This document shows, in pieces, positions 41,281-51,401 of a stretch of DNA of 64,000 nt; within the stretch, counting starts at the first letter, position 1, and the number at the start of each line of letters is the position of its first letter. The notes under the pieces were generated by a model. That model did no database searches. It saw only the letters and a list, made by a program, of their open reading frames with translations, and was not told the origin of the DNA. Both the position numbers and the translations under genes were made by a program. This DNA is from a bacterium (GTDB lineage: Bacteria > Myxococcota_A > Bradymonadia > UBA7976 > UBA1532), in the NCBI GenBank assembly GCA_030427205.1, contig JAUHXC010000051.1:1336-65335 (forward strand). Reading direction: 5' to 3'.

Positions 41281-41988
41281 TCAGAACTCGACGATGATCG
41301 ATACCCGCGGGCGGCCGATCTCTTCGCTGGGCGGCAGACTGTAGGGCGGGTCGGCCAGGACCGCGATCAGGCAGCGCTCGAGCTTTTTGGAGAGCTGCGC
41401 CCCGTCGAGCACCGGCTCGAAGGCATGATCGGAGACCACGCCGCGCTCGACGTCGACCACCGCCCGCCACTCCAGCGCGCCGGGCCGATCGGTGCCCTCG
41501 AAGCAGCGGGCCATGCGCGGGCCGCGGGCGGCCACCTGGATGCGCAGGGCCACCAGCCAGTCGGCCGGCGGCGGCGTCGGGTTGCGGAACTCGGGCCGCT
41601 CGCGGCGCTCGATGCGGCTGCGGATCGGTTTCTTGCGCGGCGCCTTCTTCTTCGCCGTGGGCTTCGCGGCGTCGGGGCCCATATCGGGCGCGATCGCCGC
41701 GTCGACCGCGGCGTCGGGCGGCGGCGGGCCCTCACCCGGCGCGTCGCACTCGCAGCGCCGCAGCAGCAAGAGCAGCAGCAACAGCGCGAGCAGCGTCAAC
41801 CGGCGCCGCACCCGCTTGCGCCGCTCGGCCCGCTGCACATCCGGACGGGCCGCGCGGGCCGCCTTCTGCGCCGCGCGGGCCTCGGCCAGCTTCGCCTTCA
41901 CCGCCGCCCGGCGGGCCTTCAGCCGGGCCTTGGCCTCGCGCTTCGCCTGCTTGCGCGCCTGCCGCGCGGTCCTGGGGTCGAGGCTCAC
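41281..41988 (-). CDS. Bitopic membrane protein with TonB-C/AgmX-like C-terminal domain
   Basis: Basic N-terminus, poly-Leu TM, Pro/Asp-Ala linker, then RMARCF..LEWRAVVD..G.V..LERCL. GTGA overlap. Confidence 0.65.
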   Translation of the reverse strand: MSLDPRTARQARKQAKREAKARLKARRAAVKAKLAEARAAQKAARAARPDVQRAERRKRVRRRLTLLALLLLLLLLRRCECDAPGEGPPPPDAAVDAAIAPDMGPDAAKPTAKKKAPRKKPIRSRIERRERPEFRNPTPPPADWLVALRIQVAARGPRMARCFEGTDRPGALEWRAVVDVERGVVSDHAFEPVLDGAQLSKKLERCLIAVLADPPYSLPPSEEIGRPRVSIIVEF

Positions 41989-43961
41989 GGTTCTTGCACC
42001 CGCCAGCCGAAGACCCGCTCGCCGCCCTCACCCATGCGCCACTCCACCGGCACCAGCGCCAGCGGCAGGAAGACCGACGGCGCGCGCACGATGGGCACCC
42101 GGAACGGCCACGGCAGCGGATCGGACGGCGCGATGCGCACGCTGCCGGCATACAGCGCGCGATCGGGCGACAGGCCCTTCGCCCGATCGGCGCTGCTCGC
42201 GTCGTCGCGCACCGGCACCAGCCCGTCGACGATCGCCCGGATGCGCTCGATGAGCGCCAGCACCCGCCGCTGCCCGCGCCCGCTGGCGTCCTCTTCGGCC
42301 AGCCGCTCCAGCCGGGCCTTGAGCGCCTGCAGAATCGGCACGAAGCGGGCCCGCACCGCGCTCTCCTCGGCCGAGAGCCGCTCGAGGAACTGCCCCAGGA
42401 ACCGCACCGCGAAGAAAGGCGACGCGTCGATCGAGTCGCGCATCGCCGTGGCGAAGGCGCCGGCGTCACCCAGCGCCAGCGGCCGCAAGAGCGCCGCCCG
42501 CTGCACCAGCGCGCCGCGGCCCACCTGATAGCGCACGCAGCGGTCGAACGAGGGCTGGTCGGCGTTGAGCGCCGCGTGCCACAGCTGGTCTTCGAGCACC
42601 GCGTTGAAGTCGGTGCGCGGCACCACCTCGCGCAGCATCGCCAGCAGCTCGTCGGTCACCGCGAACTGCGCGGCGACGAACGAGAGCCAGCGCCGGGCGA
42701 GGTTGCCGGTCTGCGTAGGCAGCCGCGACTCGGGGGCCCACTTCGACGCCAGGGCCAGGGTGCGCAGCGCGCCGGGCAGGTCGCCGCGCCCGAGCAGATC
42801 GACGCCGCGATGCAGCGCGATGGGCCCGCGCTCGCGGAAGCCGCTGTCGTCGTCCAGGCTCATCAGCGCGGCGCCGCGGTCGCCGCCCCAGATCTGTGCT
42901 CGGGCCGCCTCGTCGTCGCCCATGTGGGCGATCCACCCTTGAACCTCGACCCCCTCCTGGCGGGCGATGAGGCGGTCGACCACGTCGAGGATGAGCCCGT
43001 GCGCGGCCGTGGGATCCCGCGGCGGGCGCATGAGCGTCGCCGAGCGCATGGCGTGGGCGAAGAGATACTGCCGCCGCTGCGGCGACATCGTCAGCCACTC
43101 CTCGGCGCTCCAGGCGAAGCTGCGGGCCAGGATGCGCCCCGGCACGCTCGTCGGATCGATGGTCGGCATGGCGTCGCGGCCCAGCGCGGTCAGCTCGTCG
43201 CCTTTGAGGCCCTGGCGTCGGCCCTCGATCACCATCTCGCGGCGGGCCTTGCGCCGAGCGCGCGCGCCGAGGCCGGTGAGCCGCAGCTCGAGGTCGAAGA
43301 TGCGCGCCTCGATGGCCGCGCGGCCGATCACCCGATCCCAGTCGAGGGTCTTCAGCGAGCGCAACAGCAGCGCGCGCATCGCCCGCGCCGCGATGCGCGA
43401 GTCGGTCAGTTCGGCCCACGGGCGCCAGTCGACCGCCAGCACGAGGCGATAGCTCCACCAGCAGCCGGTGCGCCGCAGCCGCAGGGCCTCGATCTCGTCG
43501 GCGTCGAGCACGTCGCTCAGGGCGACCCAGCGCTGCTGCCGGCCGACGGAGAACGCGTCGAAGGGCGAGCCGGCGTCGGCGGGCGGCGCGGGGCGGCGGT
43601 TGCGCACCGTCCAGTTGTGCAGCGCCAGCGGCCACAGCCCGACGCCGTCGTCGTCGATGGCGAAGCCGTCGGGGCAGAAGCCCAGGGCGCCCAGCGCGGC
43701 CCAGGTGTTCGAGCGCAGGTCGACGTCGTGGGCGCTCACCGCGCCGGTCTCGCTGGCGATGGCGTTGCGCAGGAACCACAGCTCGATGGCTTCGAGCGGG
43801 CGGCCTTCGCGCAGGGCCATGCGGGCGTTGTAGTAGACCCGGGTCTGCACGGTGGGGCGGGGGTCGGCCGCGAGCGGATCGGGGTCGGCCACGTCGGCCA
43901 GCGCGAGCGACGGCGCGCCGAGCAGCGCGAGCGCCACGGTCCACAGCACCCCACCGCGCAT
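41985..43961 (-). CDS. Large secreted alpha-helical hypothetical protein
   Basis: ATG 43961 (TGATG coupling), signal peptide ending SLALA. Confidence 0.7.
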   Translation of the reverse strand: MRGGVLWTVALALLGAPSLALADVADPDPLAADPRPTVQTRVYYNARMALREGRPLEAIELWFLRNAIASETGAVSAHDVDLRSNTWAALGALGFCPDGFAIDDDGVGLWPLALHNWTVRNRRPAPPADAGSPFDAFSVGRQQRWVALSDVLDADEIEALRLRRTGCWWSYRLVLAVDWRPWAELTDSRIAARAMRALLLRSLKTLDWDRVIGRAAIEARIFDLELRLTGLGARARRKARREMVIEGRRQGLKGDELTALGRDAMPTIDPTSVPGRILARSFAWSAEEWLTMSPQRRQYLFAHAMRSATLMRPPRDPTAAHGLILDVVDRLIARQEGVEVQGWIAHMGDDEAARAQIWGGDRGAALMSLDDDSGFRERGPIALHRGVDLLGRGDLPGALRTLALASKWAPESRLPTQTGNLARRWLSFVAAQFAVTDELLAMLREVVPRTDFNAVLEDQLWHAALNADQPSFDRCVRYQVGRGALVQRAALLRPLALGDAGAFATAMRDSIDASPFFAVRFLGQFLERLSAEESAVRARFVPILQALKARLERLAEEDASGRGQRRVLALIERIRAIVDGLVPVRDDASSADRAKGLSPDRALYAGSVRIAPSDPLPWPFRVPIVRAPSVFLPLALVPVEWRMGEGGERVFGWRVQEP

Positions 43962-44893
43962 CAGAACGACATGCCGGTCAGCAGGTGCAGCTCGAGCGCG
44001 AAGTACAGCTCCGACTCGGTCGCCGCGGCGAAGAGCGGCACGGCCACCAGCACCTTGTGCGAGACGAAGACGCCCGAGCCGAAGTAGAGATCGGCCCCCA
44101 GCCCGGCCAGGAAGCCATAGCGCGCGCGGTCGATCTGCATCGCCGGCAGGCGGATGTCTTCGAGGTTGTTGATCTCGCGATCCGACAGGCTGCCGGCGAC
44201 CAGGGCCTCGATGGTCTCGGTGAAGGTGAAGCCGTCGAACGCGCCGGGATACAGCAGATAGCGCAGGTCGACGTGGCTCTGCAGCACGAGGTGCGCCGAG
44301 GGGAACCACGAGGGGAAGGCCGTCACGACGCCCTCGGCCAGCGGATAGGCCAGCGTCAGGTCGAGCTCTATGCGCTCGGGGCGCGCCGGCTGGCGATACG
44401 GGGTCAGCGCCAGCCGCTCGGTGCTCTCGCTGCCCGAGACCCAGACGTAGGCCGCTTCGAGGCCCAGCAGCAGCCCGCCGACGGGGAAACGCCCGAAGAC
44501 GCCCGCCCGCAGGCTGTCGAAGTTGTTCAGCTCGGCGGGCAGCGAGCCGGAGAGGCCCACCTCGGCGGTGGCCTTGCGCCAGTCGTAGCGCAGGCGCTTC
44601 GAAGTGCGGCCGATGGCGCTCTCCATCAGCGTATCGAAGGGCGTGCGGTGGCGCTCGATGGCGGTGTCGGGCAGCCGGGGCAGTGATGGCACTTCGGATG
44701 GCTCCGATGGCTCATCAGATACCTCCGATGGCACCTCCGATGACTCCGATGGCACATCCGGTGACTCCGATGGCACACCCGATGACTCCGGTGGCACCTC
44801 CGATGACTCAGCGGGCGCCTGCGCGACCGCCGGGCCCATCCAGAGCACGAGCGCGGCCAGCGCGGCCACGGCGCGGCACAGCTCACGGATCAT
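43961..44893 (-). CDS. Outer-membrane beta-barrel protein with N-terminal ESSEVPS repeats
   Basis: Signal peptide (AVAQA), six 7-aa repeats, terminal LLTGMSF. Confidence 0.7.
   Translation of the reverse strand: MIRELCRAVAALAALVLWMGPAVAQAPAESSEVPPESSGVPSESPDVPSESSEVPSEVSDEPSEPSEVPSLPRLPDTAIERHRTPFDTLMESAIGRTSKRLRYDWRKATAEVGLSGSLPAELNNFDSLRAGVFGRFPVGGLLLGLEAAYVWVSGSESTERLALTPYRQPARPERIELDLTLAYPLAEGVVTAFPSWFPSAHLVLQSHVDLRYLLYPGAFDGFTFTETIEALVAGSLSDREINNLEDIRLPAMQIDRARYGFLAGLGADLYFGSGVFVSHKVLVAVPLFAAATESELYFALELHLLTGMSF
44684..44811. repeat. Six degenerate 21-bp tandem repeats (ESSEVPS)
   Basis: Recurrent GATGGCAC..CCGATGACTC units with lower GC than the rest of the gene. Confidence 0.8.
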
Positions 44894-46952
44894 GGGGGAA
44901 CCCATCATCGCCGCGCTCGGGGAAGACCGGCGCATAGCATTGGTTGCGGTAGGTCAGGTCGAACTGGTCGGCCACCTGATAGATGCCCGCGCCGTCGAAG
45001 GTCGGGTGCGCGCAGAAGCGGGTGCACTGGGTCAGCGTCTCGGCGAGCGGGAACTCTCCGGTCTTCCAGACCTGGCTGCCATAGTCCTGCTCGACGGTCA
45101 CCCCCAGCCCCAACGGCAGGCTCAGGGTGAAGGCGCTCACCGCGAGGGCCGCGACCGCCTCGTACTCCAGCTCGAGCAGATAGGGGAACTCCCAGCCGAG
45201 CCCCAGGCCGTAGGTGGTCTCGCGGAAGATGGCGTGCCACTCGGGCAGCGAGGCGATGGGCAGGAAGATCGGCAGCACCGACGAGCGGAAGAACGCCGTC
45301 GAGGTCTCTTCGGGGGTCTCGCAATACGAGAAGCTGTCGTCGGCCTCGGCGCTGATGATCTCGTCGTCGAAGAAGGTCACCGAGCCGAACGGCGGCAGGT
45401 CGAGCCCTTCGGCGTTGGGCGGCACCTGCGGCGCGAGGAAGGTCAGATCGCGCATCTCTCCCGCCTGATCGGGCGAGTAGATGTCGATGAAGTTCAGGTA
45501 GGCCTGCCGGTTGGGCAGGATCGGCACCGCGCCGAGATCGAACGGCCCCAGGCTGAAGTTCAGGGTCACGTCGGGCAGCGCGCAGATCAGGCTCGACAGG
45601 CCCGCTGGCGGCACCACCGTGCCGTCTTCGAGGTCGTCTTCGTCGAAGTCGATGCCCGACGGGCACCACAGCGTCGTCGCGCCGACGGTCAGATCGGTGA
45701 GGCTGTAGCTGTAGCTGTCGAGCACGAAGCCGCCGGCCACCCGCGGGGTGCTGCGCTGCCGCTCGGGCAGCAGGATGCCCGCCAGCGCCTGCTCGAGCGT
45801 CGCCGCCATCGCCGGGTCGTCGTCGTGGTGCAGCGCCATGACCAGGATCATGTCCTGCCCGCCGCCGCGCACCGCCTCGACGTCGGCGTTGACCCGGGCG
45901 ACGAAGTCGGCCACCGCCGCCGCCACGACGTCTTCGTCGTCGCTCTCCCACAGGTCGATGCAATACGGCGAGATGCCCTGCATCAACAGCCGCTGCTCCT
46001 GCATATCGTAATGCACCTGGGAGATGGTGCGGTTGCAGGGCGTCAGCATGTACTTGATGGGCACCGCCTCTTCGATGGGACTGCGCAGCAGCGGGAAGGC
46101 CGGCCGCACCTCGGGGTTCTTGCGGGCGAAGGCGCTCGCGGCGAACGGCCCCGTCGGATCGTAGACCGTGGCCCGGGCGCAGACCGTCTCATGCTCGAAG
46201 GCCTCTTCGCCCAGCTCTTCGGGGCTGAAGATGGCCCGGTCTTCGGTCTCGACCTCCTGCCAGCCCAGCCGGACGGGATCGTCGCACTGCGCGCCGTAGA
46301 GGTAGCGGTTGCCGAGCACGAACGGCGCCGGCCCCCCGCGGCTGATGTTCGAGACGGTGAACAATCGCCGCAGGCCGAGCCGCTCGACCTCCATGTTGCG
46401 CAGCGTCGGGAAGAGGTGCCGCGCCCGCCACTGCACGCCGCGGTTCTCCTCCGTGAAGACGCCGTAGACCAGCAGGCTGCGGTTGGTATGGGCCGGGCCG
46501 GGGCCGATGACGTTGTAGTTCGTCTGGGGATCGAGGGTCAGCTCGCCCTCGCGGTGATAGCGCAGCCGCAGCTGCACCTCGCGCGGTTCGAGGGGGATGT
46601 GCAGGCTCCTGCTGCCGCAGACGGTGTTCGGCCCGCAGTCGACGGGCACGTGGGTATGCACCGCTTCGAGGGTGCTGAGTTCGACCCAGTCGACGACGCC
46701 GTCGTCGGTGACGAAGCGGATCTCGACCAGGCTGTCTTCGGAGATGCCCTGCTCGGCCTCGACCTCGTAGAAGAGGAACAGCGTCTCCTCTTCGGCGAAC
46801 CAGGCGGCGTCGGCGATGACGAACCGGGCGAAGATGTCGGTCAGCGGCACCTTGCAGCCGGTCAGGCCGCCCGCGATGAAGACCCCGGCGACCACCGCGC
46901 ACAGCGCGGCCAGCGGGGACAGGCCGTTGGTGGTGCGGCTGCGGTTGGGCAT
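44883..46952 (-). CDS. Large Cys-containing lipoprotein, first gene of a six-gene envelope operon
   Basis: Lipobox GLTGC; strong coding-type codon bias; stop overlaps the next start. Confidence 0.75.
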   Translation of the reverse strand: MPNRSRTTNGLSPLAALCAVVAGVFIAGGLTGCKVPLTDIFARFVIADAAWFAEEETLFLFYEVEAEQGISEDSLVEIRFVTDDGVVDWVELSTLEAVHTHVPVDCGPNTVCGSRSLHIPLEPREVQLRLRYHREGELTLDPQTNYNVIGPGPAHTNRSLLVYGVFTEENRGVQWRARHLFPTLRNMEVERLGLRRLFTVSNISRGGPAPFVLGNRYLYGAQCDDPVRLGWQEVETEDRAIFSPEELGEEAFEHETVCARATVYDPTGPFAASAFARKNPEVRPAFPLLRSPIEEAVPIKYMLTPCNRTISQVHYDMQEQRLLMQGISPYCIDLWESDDEDVVAAAVADFVARVNADVEAVRGGGQDMILVMALHHDDDPAMAATLEQALAGILLPERQRSTPRVAGGFVLDSYSYSLTDLTVGATTLWCPSGIDFDEDDLEDGTVVPPAGLSSLICALPDVTLNFSLGPFDLGAVPILPNRQAYLNFIDIYSPDQAGEMRDLTFLAPQVPPNAEGLDLPPFGSVTFFDDEIISAEADDSFSYCETPEETSTAFFRSSVLPIFLPIASLPEWHAIFRETTYGLGLGWEFPYLLELEYEAVAALAVSAFTLSLPLGLGVTVEQDYGSQVWKTGEFPLAETLTQCTRFCAHPTFDGAGIYQVADQFDLTYRNQCYAPVFPERGDDGFPHDP

Positions 46953-47132
46953 CCAGGCCTCGGTGCGTGGTCAGCGGTCGTTCGAGCGGGTCGCGCCCGT
47001 CGTCGGGCACCATACAGCAACCGCGCGATGCGCGGCGACGTTCCGCGATCCGGCGTCGGCGCCGGGCAGGATCGGGCCACGGGCCGAGCCACCGAGTGGC
47101 CGTCGGGGCGCGTGGGCCCGTAGACTGCCGCC

Positions 47133-47580
47133 ATGCGCTGGACCGACCCCGATCGCCCGACGATGACCCACGACGACGGGCCCACCTCGCACGGTGAGCC
47201 CGCCGACGAGATGGCGCTCGGGGTGACCATCGCCTGGCACCCCGACCCGAGCCGGGTGGGCCAGCGGGCGCTCTTCGAAGGCCCGTCGATGGCGATCGGC
47301 CGCCTGGCGCCGATCTTCCACCGCGAGGACGGCGCCGCCGACGGGCCGCTGATCGACCCCCGCGTCAGCCGCACGCCCATTGCGCTGCAGCGGCCCGAGG
47401 GCGGGGTCCTGGTCTCGGGGCGGGCCCCCGTCGACGGCGAGCGGCTGACGCGGGGGTCGATCGGGCGGCGATCGCCCGGGGGGTGACCATCGGCCTCGCC
47501 CGCCGGGTCTTGCTGTGGCTGCACCCGGTGCCCCGCGCGCCGTACACCGGCCCCCGTCGCGGCCTCGTGATCGAAGACGG
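47133..47580 (+). pseudogene. Frameshifted, truncated FHA-type N-terminus of a sigma54-dependent activator
   Basis: VTIAWHPDPSRVG...PLIDPRVSR, continuing in another frame as VTIGLARRVLLWLH...GLVIE. No AAA+/GAFTGA domain follows. Confidence 0.55.
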
Positions 47581-47633
47581 GGGTCGACTGTCGCAGATCG
47601 CGTGGCCCAGCCCCACCTCGGCGAGGCTCCACC

Positions 47634-48521
47634 TCAACCCGGCAAGACCCCGTCGGGCGCGTCGCCGACCCGCCCCGCCAGCCGATCCTTGTCTTCCCGG
47701 CTCAGATCGCTCTCGACCCGGTCGTGGCTCGCCAGCCCCAGAAAGATCTGCGTCGCGGCGACCGTCAGGCCCGGCAAGAGCAGCGGATACAGGATGATCG
47801 GCAGCACCGCCGGCACCGCGCCCAGGCCCAGACACAGCGCCTTGTTGCCGCCCAGCAGGCGCATCCGACGGAACGTGCCGTGGCCGTGGCGCGAGATGAC
47901 CGGCGCCATGGTCGCCAGGGCCAGCCACATGCAGGTCCACAGATAGCCCAGCGCCAGCGCGAGCGGCGGCCCGACGAGCGGCACCAGGCTCAGCAGCCAG
48001 AGCATCAGCAAGATCGGCAGCTGTCCGGCGAGCAGGGTCGACTCGACGCCGATCTCCTTCAACGCGCCGAACAGGCTCGCCGCCAGCGGAAAGCGCGGCT
48101 CGGGCCGCCGGAAGAACAGCGACTCGACGCTCGCGGTGAAGCGGTCGACGAGCGAGGCGATGAAGATGCGGCCGACGATCAGCGAGAAGAAGAAGCTGAG
48201 CACGAACCACAGCCCGTCGAGCACGAAGATCACCGCCTCGACGGCCACCTCGGTCAGCCACGGGGTCGCGCCGCTGCGCGAGGCGGCGGCGGCGGCGAGG
48301 TCATGCTCCCAGCCCTCGATGATCGCCCGCCCGAACCACAGCGGCAGGATATAGATCACGAGGTTGATCGCCACCAGCCACAGGGCGCGGCGGCGCAGGG
48401 CGGGGTCGGTGAAGGCGCGCAGCTGCCCGCGCCAGACGAAGCCGACGCCGGCGGTGACGCGAGCGCCGAAGGCCAGGCGACCGGGATCACCGAGCGGCGC
48501 GTCGGGGGTCGGGCTCTGCAT
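47634..48521 (-). CDS. EI24/CysZ-like membrane protein
   Basis: Multiple TM segments; DRFTASVE, LLSLVPLVGP, LLLPGLTVAAT. Confidence 0.78.
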   Translation of the reverse strand: MQSPTPDAPLGDPGRLAFGARVTAGVGFVWRGQLRAFTDPALRRRALWLVAINLVIYILPLWFGRAIIEGWEHDLAAAAASRSGATPWLTEVAVEAVIFVLDGLWFVLSFFFSLIVGRIFIASLVDRFTASVESLFFRRPEPRFPLAASLFGALKEIGVESTLLAGQLPILLMLWLLSLVPLVGPPLALALGYLWTCMWLALATMAPVISRHGHGTFRRMRLLGGNKALCLGLGAVPAVLPIILYPLLLPGLTVAATQIFLGLASHDRVESDLSREDKDRLAGRVGDAPDGVLPG

Positions 48522-48715
48522 CGCGGCATCGTGCCGCCCGGCGCCCGCCGATGCCAGCCCGAAGATCTCCGGCGACGCGGGCCACCACGCGGCTCTCGGG
48601 CGCTCGGCAACGCTGCAGTCGGTGGCGATGGACCTCGATCCGAAAGTATCGCTTTCGGGCTCGACATACGTCGGCGCGATGGGTCAGTGTGATCGGACAG
48701 ACGCACCGGGTGCGC

Positions 48716-51109
48716 ATGGCAGGGGGTCACGTGGCATACTTCTATGGGCCGACCGAGGCACCGGACTGGCTCGAGGACAAGGTCAACCGGAATACGCTGA
48801 GGGCGCTGACACAGCTGCCCGACTCGTTTCACGTCCTGGTCGAGTTCAGCATTCCGCAGTTCAGAAACCGCGGTCGCATGGCCTCACCGCAGCTCGACTT
48901 CCTCGTCGTCGAGGCCGACCGCCCGCTCAAGATGATCGTGATCGAGGAGAAGACCATCAGCTCGCCCATCCTCGAGGCGGGGCCCAACGGACCGTGGAAG
49001 ATCCTCAAGCGAGGCCGGGTGGTGCCACACAGCACCGGCGACAACCCGTTTCAGCAGACGATGCGCATCGCCGACACCACCCAGGATTGGATGCGAGCGA
49101 ACGCCGAGCGGATCCTCGGGGCCCCGCCGGCCGAGCCCGCCAGCAGCACGATCCGCGTGTATCGGACGCTGTTCTTGCGTACACACGGCGACTCGGTGCA
49201 CCTCAAGCCGCCGCAGTTCCTCAACGTGATCCGCGACCCCGATCGGTTGGTCTCCGACCTGATGGGGCTCGACCCTCGCCGCACCGAGAACGTGCTGATC
49301 CGCGCGGGCGTGCGCCGACTCATCGATGCGATCGGAGGGTTGAGCCCCAAGCGCAGCATCAACAGCGTACAGCTCGGGACCCCGGGAGATGCGTGGGAGA
49401 AGGCAGCGGACGAGGGCGAGCTCGACGCACTTCGGCTCGTGGTCGAGGCGCTCACCGCGCGGGTCGATGCCCTCGAGCGCCGGTTGCCGGCCCTCTCGAC
49501 GCGGCCTGAGGAGCGCCCGCCGCCCATGGGGCCTGCGCCGCGGTCGAAGGAGCCCGCGCCGATCGCCTCCCCACCGCCGACGACGGCAGACGCCACGCCG
49601 GAGCTGACAGCCCGGCTCGTCGAAGTCCTCCGCACGCTGGGGGGCGCTGCTACACTGGTTCGCTTCGGCTCGGCGGCCGACCATGCGATCGACGACCTCT
49701 CCAACCGCCTGCGGGCGGCGGTGCGCAGCAAGCGCTCTCCCCTGCGGCGCTTCATCGACGCGAGGCCGCAGACCTTCGCGGTGTTCGTGCGTGAAGGCAT
49801 CCACTGGGTGCGCTTGAGGGCGGCGACGGCAGCCCCCGAGGCCGGGGCATCGAGCGCCGGTCGACCCGAGACGCCGCCGCCCGAGGACGACGAGGGCGCG
49901 CGGCAGGCGGCTCGGGCGCGGCTCGAACGCCTGCTCAAGGAGGCGGGCAGCAGGCCCCTGCCCGACGAGCGGAAGTGGGTCATCGAGCGCATCTGCTCCG
50001 ACCTCGGCGAGCTCGACGCGCCGGTCTTGCTCACCGCGCTGAAGCCGGTCTGGTCGGCCGAGCTCAACATCTCTCGCAAGCGGATCACGCACATCCTCCG
50101 GGCGCTCGTGCACGGCGGCGCCTTCATCGACGCCAACGGGCAGCGGGTCGAGCACCTGCTCGACCCCGTCTCGGGGCTCATCGACCCCGAGCCGGCCGCG
50201 CTCGAGACGCGGTGCCTCGCCGCCTATCACGGCGCCGTAATCGCCCGAGACCCGGCGCTGGCCCGAACCCCCGAGTTCGCTGCGATCTTCGAAGAGCACA
50301 CCGGCGGCCCCCTGCCCTCCGAGGCGGCACCGCAGGTGCGCATCGCTCACGCACCGCCCAGCTGGCCCATCGCCACCGAGCGATCGGCCGCAGGCGACGG
50401 CGAGTGGGGCTTCGTCCAGCGGCTGCTCGAGGCGGACGGTTGGATGCCGACGCCGCTCGACGACAGCCGCCTGCCGCGCGACCTCGCCCGCCGCCTCGAG
50501 CAGTCGAACTCTCGACCGGTCGTGCTCGATACGCAGCCGCCGATCGCGGTGGCCGCGCTCGAGCGCGCCGGGCGACCGCTGGTACAACTCGTAGAGCTGC
50601 TGAAGGGCGAGACGCTGTGCCCCGCCGACATGCCACTCGCTCGCCTGCTGCGACAGCGCGGCGTCGACCCCCTGCGCAGGCATCGGGCCGATATCATGGG
50701 CGTGGTCGAGGAGCTGCTGGCCCGCGGCCCGCTCGCCCTTCCAGAGCTCCGCGAGGCGGTCGCCGCTCGGCTCGGCCTCTCCAAGGGCAAGGTTCAGCAC
50801 ATGGCCAACGTGCTCTTCCGCAGCCGTCAGCTGCAAAGCGAGACGCCGGGGGTCCCTGTCGAGTCGGCCGCCGAGCCGGCTGTGGGCCTGTTCGGCGATC
50901 ACGAGGCGACCGATACCGCCTGTCGCAACTACTACGCGGTGACCATCCTGCGCTACGACCCCACCCGGTTGACGACGCCCGCCGACCGGCGGGCCTTCGA
51001 GGTCTGCGTCGGCGGGCCGCCCAGCGAAACGCTCGACGAGCTGCGGCGACGGGCGGCCAGTATCGTCACCCGCCGCTACACCCAGATCATCAGCGACCAC
51101 ACCTGCTGA
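48716..51109 (+). CDS. NERD-like nuclease domain + coiled coil + OST-HTH/LOTUS-like and wHTH-like repeats
   Basis: QLDFLVV..IVIEEK..GPNGPW..NPFQQ. Two similar C-terminal modules (ISRKRITHILRAL / LSKGKVQHMANVL). Alternative start GTG 48731. Confidence 0.7.
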   Translation: MAGGHVAYFYGPTEAPDWLEDKVNRNTLRALTQLPDSFHVLVEFSIPQFRNRGRMASPQLDFLVVEADRPLKMIVIEEKTISSPILEAGPNGPWKILKRGRVVPHSTGDNPFQQTMRIADTTQDWMRANAERILGAPPAEPASSTIRVYRTLFLRTHGDSVHLKPPQFLNVIRDPDRLVSDLMGLDPRRTENVLIRAGVRRLIDAIGGLSPKRSINSVQLGTPGDAWEKAADEGELDALRLVVEALTARVDALERRLPALSTRPEERPPPMGPAPRSKEPAPIASPPPTTADATPELTARLVEVLRTLGGAATLVRFGSAADHAIDDLSNRLRAAVRSKRSPLRRFIDARPQTFAVFVREGIHWVRLRAATAAPEAGASSAGRPETPPPEDDEGARQAARARLERLLKEAGSRPLPDERKWVIERICSDLGELDAPVLLTALKPVWSAELNISRKRITHILRALVHGGAFIDANGQRVEHLLDPVSGLIDPEPAALETRCLAAYHGAVIARDPALARTPEFAAIFEEHTGGPLPSEAAPQVRIAHAPPSWPIATERSAAGDGEWGFVQRLLEADGWMPTPLDDSRLPRDLARRLEQSNSRPVVLDTQPPIAVAALERAGRPLVQLVELLKGETLCPADMPLARLLRQRGVDPLRRHRADIMGVVEELLARGPLALPELREAVAARLGLSKGKVQHMANVLFRSRQLQSETPGVPVESAAEPAVGLFGDHEATDTACRNYYAVTILRYDPTRLTTPADRRAFEVCVGGPPSETLDELRRRAASIVTRRYTQIISDHTC

Positions 51110-51264
51110 CCCCGACCCCACGCGGCGCTCGGGCGCCCTTCACCAGAAAATCGAAAAAAAATGCGCCGGCCCGTGAAGGATGCCCCGCCCTGCCCGCAAT
51201 ACCCTGTCGAGATGGCGCTGACGAGCGATACGCGCCACACAGGCACGAACGACATGTGATGCCA

Positions 51265-51284
51265 TGCCATCGCGAGCGATGGCA
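51265..51284. promoter_or_regulatory. Perfect inverted repeat, possible operator
   Basis: TGCCATCGC-GA-GCGATGGCA, about 117 bp upstream of ATG 51402. Confidence 0.4.
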
Positions 51285-51401
51285 GCGGAGCGCCGGGCGG
51301 GATCGGTCGGCGGCCTCGGCATCACAGGGCGCGACAGTCCGTCGTGATCGACAGCCAGCAATGATCGACCGCGTCGAGGGACGCAACCAGAGGAGTACGC
51401 T

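Noticed and set aside
51145-51165. A-tract as a terminator
   Set aside because: No convincing adjacent stem in the right orientation; more likely a promoter UP or bending element.
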